Source: Bryobacteraceae bacterium
GTDB taxonomy: Bacteria; Acidobacteriota; Terriglobia; Bryobacterales; Bryobacteraceae
Length of the DNA stretch: 64,000 bases
Assembly: GCA_035714175.1 (NCBI GenBank)
Contig: DASTML010000106.1
Span: 97,045 to 161,044, forward strand
Direction of reading: 5' to 3'
Position numbers and translations under genes: made by a program. Below the pieces are notes generated by a model. That model saw nothing but the letters and a program-made list of their open reading frames with translations, was not told the origin of the DNA and ran no database searches. Positions 44,718 through 53,199 of this stretch are shown in pieces; the first letter of the stretch is position 1, and the number at the start of each line of letters is the position of its first letter.

Positions 44718-46742
44718 TTAGTGTCCGCCCTCGTACAGCCAGGCGGGATATCGCTTGACGACAGGACCGGTCTTCTTACCGACGGCGTAGATTCCGTCTC
44801 CCCGCAGATTGGAGGGCAATTGATACTGCTCCAACATGCGAATGACCCAACGCTCTTCGGGGCGCGGCTTATCGAGAAATTCGCCTGTCTCCAGACGCGC
44901 TACCTCAAAACCGCCATCGACCAACAGATGATGAATTTCGCGAGGCGTATATTCCCGCGCGTGCCGGGCCTCCACTTCCGCACCAGGTTCGGCAGGACGA
45001 ATATAGGCAGGGAAGAAGCCGGGGTGGTAGCCCTCCAGGATGGCGCGGAGGGCACGAATGGACGCAACGTTGGGTGTAGTAAGCACCAGATGGCCGCCAG
45101 GCCGCAGAATGCGGTTGACCTCCGCCATCAGAAACATCGGATCCGAGGGGAGATGTTCCAGGAGTTCGCAACACAGTACCGTCGCAAAATGGCCGTCTGG
45201 ATAAGGAAACCGATCTTTTTCCGCGTCAAACAGATCCACGTCGCAGGTAAAGACCTCTCCGCTTGCCGAGGTGACCTCGCGGTGATCGACTCGACCGGCC
45301 GGTCCGTAGTAGCAACCGCGGACATGCCCGTAGCCCAATCGGCCACGCAGGGCCGGGGTCATGTGCATGTATGCGCCCATTTCGAGGATGCGATCGTCGG
45401 GACCACCCATGGGCGTGATGTTCAGCGTGTGTTCGAAACGCGTGATGTGAGTCTCGGCATAGAGAGTCGATTCGGCATCCCGCGCAGCCCAATCCATGAG
45501 ATAGGCGGCTTCCACCTGAACAGGGGCAGGGTCCGGAGCGGGCAGATCCACAACCGCTTCCACCGGTTTTTCTTCGAGAACCGGCGCCGGCAATACGCTA
45601 GGTTCCGGATTCGTCCAGCCAGTACCGTCCCGGACTGCCGCGGCAAATTCCAAATACATGGACCCAACGCGATCCCAATTGCATTCCTCAGCAACCCATT
45701 TGCGGGCGCGTTCGCCCATGGCGCGCGCCACCCCCGGCCGGGAGACCAGAAGGTTTAAATACTCGTAGAGAGTGTCCTCTTCGGTCGCATCGACCGGCGT
45801 TTTCAGACAGATAGAGTCTGGAAACTCCGCAAAGCTGCCCACATTGCTGACCACAACCGCCCGTCCCAGACCCAAGGAGCGCAGGAGCGTTCCAGAGCTT
45901 TCACCCACGGTGGGGAAGCGGAGGTTCAAGATGATGTCACAGGCCGAGATATAACCCGTGAAGTCTTCGATAGGCACGTAGCCCATCATGCGGACATTTT
46001 CTTCCAGACCCAGTCCACGGATCAGCCCCGCGACGGGAAAATCGGGATGGGCCTCTCCGCAGAGAATCATCTTGACGTCGGGCCGTACGCGAACAAGCCG
46101 GCGGAGCGCGCGCAGGCTCTCCGCGATCCGCTTGTAGGGCTTCAGAAAACCGAAGACGCCGATGAGCGGGACAGACTCATCGAGCCCGAGGCGCGCGCGG
46201 AACCCCAACCGGTCCCCATCGGGCAACCAGGCTCCATGGGGAATGACGGCAACGGGTCCAGTAAATCCGGCTTTGCGGACGTCCGCCTCCACTGCGCGGC
46301 TATGAACGATAATCCCCCTAGAACGTTCCAGCAAACGGCGCAACATGGGAACGCCTTCGTAGTCCGGCCCAATTTCCAAACGGCGTACTCGTTCCGCAAA
46401 CTGCCGGGCGGCAGGGCCGCCATCGTAAGCGCAAGCCTCCACGTAACCGTCCCAATCCTTGCGGCGAATCGTGAGATCCGTCATCAAGTGATGGAGGTTC
46501 GACTCATGGAGTACAACAATGCCTGGATGTTTGACGGCAGTTTCGTAGACGTAGTCGTGATAACCGTTGTTGCCAATCTGGTAGTAGACGGCGTCGTAGG
46601 CGGAGGGATCAAAATGGGGCCGGGCAGCAGCCACCACGTCGACATCCGCTCGCAGATGTTCCACCAGAACGGCGGAATAGTCTGCGATTCCGCTCTTAGC
46701 CGGCGGCATCGGGGAGAAATGAGCGATCTTCAGCGGACCCAC
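44718..46742 (-). CDS. bifunctional GT4 glycosyltransferase / class I SAM methyltransferase fusion (674 aa)
   Basis: N-terminal half is GT-B/GT4-like (..VFGFLKPYKR.., ..NLRFPTVGESSGTLLRSLGLGRAVVVS..). The C-terminal half has ILEMGAY.., ATVLCCELLEHLPSDP and LRPGGHLVLTTPN methyltransferase motifs. Confidence 0.85.
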   Translation of the reverse strand: MGPLKIAHFSPMPPAKSGIADYSAVLVEHLRADVDVVAAARPHFDPSAYDAVYYQIGNNGYHDYVYETAVKHPGIVVLHESNLHHLMTDLTIRRKDWDGYVEACAYDGGPAARQFAERVRRLEIGPDYEGVPMLRRLLERSRGIIVHSRAVEADVRKAGFTGPVAVIPHGAWLPDGDRLGFRARLGLDESVPLIGVFGFLKPYKRIAESLRALRRLVRVRPDVKMILCGEAHPDFPVAGLIRGLGLEENVRMMGYVPIEDFTGYISACDIILNLRFPTVGESSGTLLRSLGLGRAVVVSNVGSFAEFPDSICLKTPVDATEEDTLYEYLNLLVSRPGVARAMGERARKWVAEECNWDRVGSMYLEFAAAVRDGTGWTNPEPSVLPAPVLEEKPVEAVVDLPAPDPAPVQVEAAYLMDWAARDAESTLYAETHITRFEHTLNITPMGGPDDRILEMGAYMHMTPALRGRLGYGHVRGCYYGPAGRVDHREVTSASGEVFTCDVDLFDAEKDRFPYPDGHFATVLCCELLEHLPSDPMFLMAEVNRILRPGGHLVLTTPNVASIRALRAILEGYHPGFFPAYIRPAEPGAEVEARHAREYTPREIHHLLVDGGFEVARLETGEFLDKPRPEERWVIRMLEQYQLPSNLRGDGIYAVGKKTGPVVKRYPAWLYEGGH

Positions 46743-47401
46743 TCCATCGAGAAATTACCCATCGCAAACGGCGCACGCACGACGACTGGAGTACGCGCCT
46801 CGTCCCGGGCCAGGAAGAGGTCTATCTCCACTTTACCGTTGGATGTGGGAATGGTCACCTTCAATTGATCCGCTTCCATGGGCGCTTCCGAGACCTTTAC
46901 GGATTGAGCGCCATTGGACTTGATTCGAATTTCATACCCGCCGCCAAAAAAAACCTTCTGTGCGGCTGGCACACGGCCACGCGCCACCTCTTGCCGCACA
47001 TGAAACAGGTAGGCTAGGGCATCCCGGGGGCAAGCCGGCACGTCAAACTCACTTTTCCCGCCGCCGTTGGCGGTGGTCCGGACGGCCCTTCCGTTTGCAT
47101 AGACGGTGGTCTCCTTACCCTTGCGGGCGCCATGTTCGAAGGATTTCTCAAAACTCTGGCTGCAAAAGTTGTCATCCACCACTGATTTATAACGATCCAG
47201 CACACGAAAACCGGGTACGGAGGCCTCGATTTCAAACTCCAGGATCCAGTGCCCGCCGTCGCGCGAAGCACGCATCTGCGCTTCGCCGAGGCCGAGCCCG
47301 CTGGGCCACTTCACCTCATAGCGAAACAACTCTTCGCGAGGACCGGCGGCATAGGCCACCACTCCCAGAAACACACCGGCAAACAGGTACAGCAACCGCA
47401 T
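46730..47401 (-). CDS. DUF3108-like secreted protein
   Basis: Signal/anchor MRLLYLFAGVFLGVVAYAAG. ..FRYEVKWPSGLGLGEAQMRAS..WILEFEIEASVPGF.. resembles DUF3108. It overlaps the next gene by 13 nt. Confidence 0.65.
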   Translation of the reverse strand: MRLLYLFAGVFLGVVAYAAGPREELFRYEVKWPSGLGLGEAQMRASRDGGHWILEFEIEASVPGFRVLDRYKSVVDDNFCSQSFEKSFEHGARKGKETTVYANGRAVRTTANGGGKSEFDVPACPRDALAYLFHVRQEVARGRVPAAQKVFFGGGYEIRIKSNGAQSVKVSEAPMEADQLKVTIPTSNGKVEIDLFLARDEARTPVVVRAPFAMGNFSMEWVR

Positions 47402-47404
47402 TGT

Positions 47405-48553
47405 CTATCGACGCCCCACAGGCGCTGCTTTCGCAGCCAATTTTACGCCGTGTTCCGCGACAGCATAGTAGACGTCCAAAGTCTGCTGCGCGGTTCCGCG
47501 CCAACTGAAACGGGCCGCATTTTGCTGGCCCAACCGTTCCTTGCGGGCGCGCAGTTCCGCATTGCGGAGAAGATCCCGCATGGACGCCATCATTTCACTG
47601 GTAGAGTGCGGATCAAACACCAGCGCTGCCGATCCGGCCACCTCCGGCATGGCCGACGTATTCGCGCAGGCCACGGCGCGGCCGCAGGCCATCGCTTCCA
47701 GAATAGGAATGCCGAAACCTTCGTAGAAAGAGGGAAACACGAAGATTTCACAGGCGTTATACAACTGGAGCAACTCCGCGTCGTTTACGTACCCGGTGAA
47801 ATGAATCCGGTTGCCAAACGGGGAATTTTCCGCCGCCTGGTGGACTTTGGGCGCATACCACGTGTCTTTGCCAACCAACACAAGGTGGTGCGGCAGTTCC
47901 GGACAATTGGCAACTAATTCCTCGAAAGCGCGAATAAGACCGAGCGGATTCTTTCGAGGCTGCAGATCGCCGACACAGAGAATAAAAGGATGGATGAGTT
48001 GGAAACGGCCCTCTACGAACGATTTTGCTTTCGGCCGGGAAACGGGTTTGAAGATGTCGGAACAGGCTGCCGGTACGACCGCGATGCGATCCGGATCCAA
48101 GCCGTAGGCCCGCGAGATACCCTGTCGGGAAAACTCGCTTAACGTGAGAATTTTAGCCGCACGGCGCACGGTGCGTTCCACACTGATCCGCAGCTGCACG
48201 CGGCGCGCGGCAGGGAAAAATTCGGGGTGCTCCAAATAGCTGACGTCGTGGATACTGACCACGGTGGGCACAGGGCAAAACAAAGGCGACGTGTATTGCA
48301 CGTGTAACAAGTCCGGTTTGTCGGCGCGTACTCTGCGCGCCAGATCCACTCCCAGACGAATAAAAGGATTCTCACTCACCCGGCGCGTCCGGATCGGGGA
48401 CGGCACATACTCTTCTGCCCCGCGGACGGAAGTGTAGGCGATAAATTCGGATTTCTTGTCTAGGGACGCATAGCCTTCCAGCAAGCTGCGAACGTACACC
48501 TCGTTCCCAGTCAGGTGCCTGCCTATTGCATGTGCGTCTATGCTGAATCGCAT
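47405..48553 (-). CDS. GT4-family glycosyltransferase
   Basis: Glycos_transf_1 core with the E-x7-E region: IFVFPSFYEGFGIPILEAMACGRAV. Confidence 0.9.
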   Translation of the reverse strand: MRFSIDAHAIGRHLTGNEVYVRSLLEGYASLDKKSEFIAYTSVRGAEEYVPSPIRTRRVSENPFIRLGVDLARRVRADKPDLLHVQYTSPLFCPVPTVVSIHDVSYLEHPEFFPAARRVQLRISVERTVRRAAKILTLSEFSRQGISRAYGLDPDRIAVVPAACSDIFKPVSRPKAKSFVEGRFQLIHPFILCVGDLQPRKNPLGLIRAFEELVANCPELPHHLVLVGKDTWYAPKVHQAAENSPFGNRIHFTGYVNDAELLQLYNACEIFVFPSFYEGFGIPILEAMACGRAVACANTSAMPEVAGSAALVFDPHSTSEMMASMRDLLRNAELRARKERLGQQNAARFSWRGTAQQTLDVYYAVAEHGVKLAAKAAPVGRR

Positions 48554-48621
48554 GAACGTCCTACCAGTATAGACGCCTATAGATTCTTTACAGTCGAGGC
48601 GGGATGGCGAAATAGAACTCG

Positions 48622-49797
48622 TTACCTATCTCTCGCCAAGTCCGGGAACAGGTCGCGTCCAGGGCCGTGCGTATCCAGAACACTCCATCCCGCCTGCCGG
48701 TGGAACCGCTCCTCATAGACCTCGCGGCCGGCGGCGGCGAGCCGGTCCCTGCCCCGGGCGTCTCGTAGCAGAGCGAGAACCGCCTGCGTAAACGCTTCCG
48801 GTCCGTCGGCAATTTGCAGCGCCGGGGGGAGTCCTTCGGCCCCGATCGCAGTGGATACTACCGCCGTTCCGGCCGCCCACGCCTCCAATATTTTGATACG
48901 CGTTCCACTGCCGGAGAGAAGGGGCACGACGGAGAGCTGGGCGCGCGCGATTTCAGCCATCGCATCGGGGACCGCACCTGTGAGTTCAACGGCCGGATCC
49001 GACGAAACGATGGCACGGACCGCGTCCGGATTCATGCCCACCAACCGCCAGCGCAGTTCCGGAAACTGCTTTCGCACAGATGGCCACACGTTGGTGAAGA
49101 ACCATCGCACACCCTGCTGATTCGGGTGGTACTCCATGTTTCCGGAAAAGACGATGACCGGCGCCTTCTCCACGGTAGAAGGAGGAAACCAGCCGATGGT
49201 GTTCGGATAGACGACAGCGGGCAGGGCCGGGAGAAGAGCGGCGTCCCGCTCCGAGCAGACCAGGCAGCCATCGAAACGCGGCAACAGATCCGATTCCAGC
49301 TTCTCACTCAAACGGCCAAAGCGGCCATGTGCCCAGTTGAGGAGGGGACCGGAAGAAGCCGCCACCGAATAAAAGAATTGCGACTCAATATTGTGCAGGT
49401 CGCACCAGAGCCGGGCCGCGAATTCCCGCATCAACTGAACATAGGGGGCCACCCAGAAATGCTCGAGAACCGCAAGGTCATAGCGGCGGGCGCCGAGTAC
49501 AGCGCGGATACCGGCGTCGAAACCCGAAAGACGGTCTATGAGCGGCGGTACGCCGCGAACAAGGCGTCCCGCATTGCGCAGAACGCGTGCCGGGAGGGAT
49601 CGTCCGTTGGCGGGCAGCGGCACGCAGAGAATTTCCCGTACCAGGCTGGGCGGGGCCTGGCACGGAATGAAAGTGAGGATATCGACATCGCAACCGCGCG
49701 CGGCAAAGTATTCCACTAGCGAGGCGATCCGTTGCGCCCCGCCACCGAGCACGGGGTAAGGAGACTCCGGACAAACCAGCAAGACCTGCTTTTTCAC
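48622..49797 (-). CDS. GT4-family glycosyltransferase
   Basis: MKKQVLLVCPESPYPVLGGGAQRI (GT4 N-terminal donor-loop pattern) and C-terminal ..VVPLLSGSGTRIKILEAWAAGTAVVST. Confidence 0.85.
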   Translation of the reverse strand: MKKQVLLVCPESPYPVLGGGAQRIASLVEYFAARGCDVDILTFIPCQAPPSLVREILCVPLPANGRSLPARVLRNAGRLVRGVPPLIDRLSGFDAGIRAVLGARRYDLAVLEHFWVAPYVQLMREFAARLWCDLHNIESQFFYSVAASSGPLLNWAHGRFGRLSEKLESDLLPRFDGCLVCSERDAALLPALPAVVYPNTIGWFPPSTVEKAPVIVFSGNMEYHPNQQGVRWFFTNVWPSVRKQFPELRWRLVGMNPDAVRAIVSSDPAVELTGAVPDAMAEIARAQLSVVPLLSGSGTRIKILEAWAAGTAVVSTAIGAEGLPPALQIADGPEAFTQAVLALLRDARGRDRLAAAGREVYEERFHRQAGWSVLDTHGPGRDLFPDLARDR

Positions 49798-51164
49798 TTG
49801 GCCGCTTTTTTCTCCGCCGCCGCCTTGCGCGCTGCCGCTTCCCGTTCCAGTTCCGCGATTTCTTCAGGACTCCGGTGGTGTTCCGGAACAGGAAGCGGAT
49901 GGTTGACCAACTTGTTGGGCTTGCCGTTGTTCTTCGTCAACGTGAAGGCATCATATAGAACGCCGCGGGCGGTACGGGATTCATATCTCAATTGTTTCCC
50001 GTCAATCCGGATGACCTGATAGAGCTGTGTATCTTCGGCGGCGCGTTGCATCCAGGGCTGCTTCTCCAGGTTATACATCTTGGGACCAGACACGGACACC
50101 ACGTAGACCGTCCCGCCGACGCGGCCGCTGGTTCCCGAGGCGAGATTGCTGCGTCCATACGTGTGGTCGTGGCCGGTGAGCACCATATCCACACGGTACT
50201 TATCGATGATGGGCTGCCAGAGTTCACGGAGTGATTTGTTGTCACGGCCCTTGGCGGTGGAAAGGATCGGGTGGTGAAACGTGAGAATGGTCCAGCGATT
50301 CGGATTCTTTGCCAACAAGGCCTCCAACCATTCCGCCTGTTCCTTTTGCCTCTCGTTGGAGTTCAAGGACACGATGCGGACGCCCTGGATATCGAACCAG
50401 TAGTTGGTCTCTTCCAGCCCCGGCACGCCGTTTGCGGGGAGAGTGAACTGCTTACGCCAGTGATTCGTGAGGCGGCGGACCTTGTCTTCACCGGCGGGGT
50501 ATTCATGGTTGCCGGGCGTGGGGACGGCAAAGACAGAGCGATTGATCCAGCCGGCGGCAGCATGCCACTCCCCCCACTCATTGTCGACAACGCCGCGGTT
50601 AACCAGGTCGCCGGCATGGAGGATGAACTTCGCCTTGGGCGCTTCGGAATATCCGTTGCGGATGAGGCGAGACCAGAGAGAAAAAATATCGTTCTGCGCG
50701 TCGCCGACATAGATGAATTCCAGCGGAGCAGGACCGGCAGCGGCGGTGCGGAACTGGTTCCAATCACTCCAATTGGCGCCGTCACCCACCCGATAGACGT
50801 ACTGCGTATCCGGCTGCAACCCGCGAAACCTTACGGAATGGGACAGGGAGGCGTTGGGCGTAACATCGAGAGCCTCCGATTCCGCTTGCACGGATTGGGT
50901 CTTCTTCTGAAACAGAGGTCCGTCCTCGGCAACAGCGATCTGCGCCTGGGCCCCCACGACCGATTTATCGGTCCGCCAGGTTACGGCAGCGGTGGTGGCC
51001 GGATCGCCGGCCCAGGTCAGAATAATTCGATCCGGGACGGGCGTAGGGCGGTAGATATCGGCGTCGGGCACCTTGCGGTCCTTCTGGCCGGAAAGCTGAT
51101 AGCCGAGGAACAACAGACAGGCCGCGCTGGCCAGACCCAAGCAACGAATTGTTAAATTCTTCAT
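49794..51164 (-). CDS. secreted purple-acid-phosphatase-like metallophosphoesterase
   Basis: Signal/anchor MKNLTIRCLGLASAACLLFLG and an FN3-like N-terminal domain. Metallophosphoesterase motifs are YVGDAQND, HAGDLVNRG, GNHEY, TFHHP and GHDHTY. The tail is Lys/Ala/Glu-rich (EEIAELEREAAARKAAAEKKAAK). ATG 51164 is chosen. Confidence 0.85.
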   Translation of the reverse strand: MKNLTIRCLGLASAACLLFLGYQLSGQKDRKVPDADIYRPTPVPDRIILTWAGDPATTAAVTWRTDKSVVGAQAQIAVAEDGPLFQKKTQSVQAESEALDVTPNASLSHSVRFRGLQPDTQYVYRVGDGANWSDWNQFRTAAAGPAPLEFIYVGDAQNDIFSLWSRLIRNGYSEAPKAKFILHAGDLVNRGVVDNEWGEWHAAAGWINRSVFAVPTPGNHEYPAGEDKVRRLTNHWRKQFTLPANGVPGLEETNYWFDIQGVRIVSLNSNERQKEQAEWLEALLAKNPNRWTILTFHHPILSTAKGRDNKSLRELWQPIIDKYRVDMVLTGHDHTYGRSNLASGTSGRVGGTVYVVSVSGPKMYNLEKQPWMQRAAEDTQLYQVIRIDGKQLRYESRTARGVLYDAFTLTKNNGKPNKLVNHPLPVPEHHRSPEEIAELEREAAARKAAAEKKAAK

Positions 51165-51320
51165 GCAACTTTCTCTATTGCAGCACGCGGCAAAAGCCCG
51201 CGTCCCATCCCCATCTGTAATTCCTCTGTAAGGAGTCGAAGCCCCGCGCCATGCCCGTATTGCGGACGTCCTGGCAGGAGCGCGGATGGCGGCGGCCGAT
51301 GCGCCGCGGATAATTGAAGG

Positions 51321-52088
51321 ATGCCACTGCAAGGAAAGACAGCCATTGTGACGGGAGCCAATCGTGGAATTGGACGCGCGATTGCGAGACGGCTGGCTAG
51401 CGAGGGAGCACGTGTGGTGCTGTGCGCACGTGACGCGGCCCTGCTAGCCGACGCCGCCGATGAGATGGGCGAGGGAACGGCCGTCGCACCGTTGGATTTG
51501 CGATTGCCGGACGCGCCGGCGGAACTGGTGCGTATTGCGGTAGGACGGTTTGGGAGCGTTGACATTGTGGTGAACAACGCGGGAGCGACCAAGCGGGGCG
51601 ATTTTCTGACGTTAACGGATGAGGATTGGGCGGATGGCTACGCTCTGAAACTGCACGGCACCGTACGGCTAACGCGGGCGGCGTGGCCGTATTTGCAAAG
51701 GTCGGGCGGCTCACTATTGAACATTGCGGGAACAGGCGGCCGGACGCCAGGAGCGGAGTTTACAATCGGCGGATCGGTAAACGCGGCGCTGCTCTCTTTT
51801 ACGAAGGCAATGGCCGAGGTGGGTATTCGCGACGGCGTGCAAGTGAACGCCATTAGCCCCGGGACCGTGCGGACGGACCGGTTCACCAAACGGCTCACCG
51901 CGCTGGCGGCCGAGCGGGGACTGGACAGGGCAGAGGCGGAGGCCACGTTTGTGAAAGAGGCACGGGTGACGCGGGTGGGCGAACCCGTGGACATCGCGGC
52001 GCTGGCGGCGTTCGTGGTGAGCCCGGAGGGGCGTTTCCTGCAGGGAGCGTTGCTCGATATGGACGGAGGCGCCACGAAGACGCTTTAG
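51321..52088 (+). CDS. SDR-family short-chain dehydrogenase/reductase
   Basis: GAAGG lies upstream of the ATG. LQGKTAIVTGANRGIGRAIA is the TGxxxGxG motif, with NNAG also present. Confidence 0.9.
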   Translation: MPLQGKTAIVTGANRGIGRAIARRLASEGARVVLCARDAALLADAADEMGEGTAVAPLDLRLPDAPAELVRIAVGRFGSVDIVVNNAGATKRGDFLTLTDEDWADGYALKLHGTVRLTRAAWPYLQRSGGSLLNIAGTGGRTPGAEFTIGGSVNAALLSFTKAMAEVGIRDGVQVNAISPGTVRTDRFTKRLTALAAERGLDRAEAEATFVKEARVTRVGEPVDIAALAAFVVSPEGRFLQGALLDMDGGATKTL

Positions 52089-53164
52089 GCGCCGGTCACT
52101 TCTTTCAATAGACCAAAGAAGGCTTTCTTGCGGTCCGAGTTGATGCCCCAGTTGACAGGCGGACATTGGTAACCGTCGGCATAATCGCTTTTACCGGGAT
52201 CGAAGTACCCCCAACCGCAGTACTCGCCGAGGGCGGCGACCATGTTGTTCACCGGTTGATCAAAGTCGAAGTGGTCATCTTCGTTGAACAGCACCGGCAT
52301 GGGGCGATAGCCCTTCACCTGACGGGTTTGGCGGACCATTTCCGCGATCCGCTTAGGGTCCTTCACGTTGTTGCCGTGGAGGAGAAGGTAGTCCGAGACC
52401 GCAACGACGTTTTCCCGGGGAATGGCGCCGCCGCCGTAACTCGTTCCGACCAGGAGGCGGCGCCCGTCCCTGGTCATGCCCTTGGCCAGTTCCATGAGTT
52501 CGTGAATCCGGTCCGGCATGAGAATGGGATGGTCGTAGGCCTTGACGTTACATTCGTTATTCACCTCGACCAGAACGTTGCGATAGTCCTTGTCGAGCAG
52601 CCACTGAGTAGCATGGGCGACGCTGCGCTTCACGGCGGCTTCATCCTTTACGCGCTGGTCCTGACCGAAATAGTAGAAACCGACGATGGCGACCATGCCG
52701 AGTTCATCCGCACGATCCAAAATACGTTCCAGCCGGCCAAGAAACGCGGGGCGCAGAGAACCGTCGGGCGCGATAGCCCCCGTTTCCCAGGGCTGGCTCT
52801 TTGAATACCCTTCGGGACTTCCTCCCTGCAGGTTGACGGTAAACGAGAGCAGTCCGTGTTTCCTCCAGAGCGGCATCGCCGCCAGAAATTCGCTGACGTT
52901 TCGACCGGCGTCCCACTTCTTGGTATCAGGGTAGGCCCAGCGTACGGCGGTTTCCGGATTGAGATCATCAAAAATACCCTGCACCATGCGGGAGTTGAGC
53001 AACAACCCTTCGATTCTGTGCCCTTTCCAAAAGCGGCCCGCATAGGTTGGCTTGCCATTGACATGGAACATGTCGCCCTGGATGGAAACCGTTGTCTGCC
53101 GCTTATGCGGCGCTGCCGGCATGGTCGCGACAGTCAACAAGCCGATGCAGTCTCTTCTGCGCAT
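52085..53164 (-). CDS. putative TIM-barrel glycoside hydrolase (GH5-like)
   Basis: Arg-rich leader MRRRDCIGLLTVATMPA. ..NVLVEVNNECN.. (an NE acid/base-like motif) and ..PVLFNEDDH.. (a candidate nucleophile region). The family assignment is tentative. Confidence 0.6.
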   Translation of the reverse strand: MRRRDCIGLLTVATMPAAPHKRQTTVSIQGDMFHVNGKPTYAGRFWKGHRIEGLLLNSRMVQGIFDDLNPETAVRWAYPDTKKWDAGRNVSEFLAAMPLWRKHGLLSFTVNLQGGSPEGYSKSQPWETGAIAPDGSLRPAFLGRLERILDRADELGMVAIVGFYYFGQDQRVKDEAAVKRSVAHATQWLLDKDYRNVLVEVNNECNVKAYDHPILMPDRIHELMELAKGMTRDGRRLLVGTSYGGGAIPRENVVAVSDYLLLHGNNVKDPKRIAEMVRQTRQVKGYRPMPVLFNEDDHFDFDQPVNNMVAALGEYCGWGYFDPGKSDYADGYQCPPVNWGINSDRKKAFFGLLKEVTGA

Positions 53165-53199
53165 GGGTTCGATTATGCCGCGAACGGGGGGCCGCTGGG

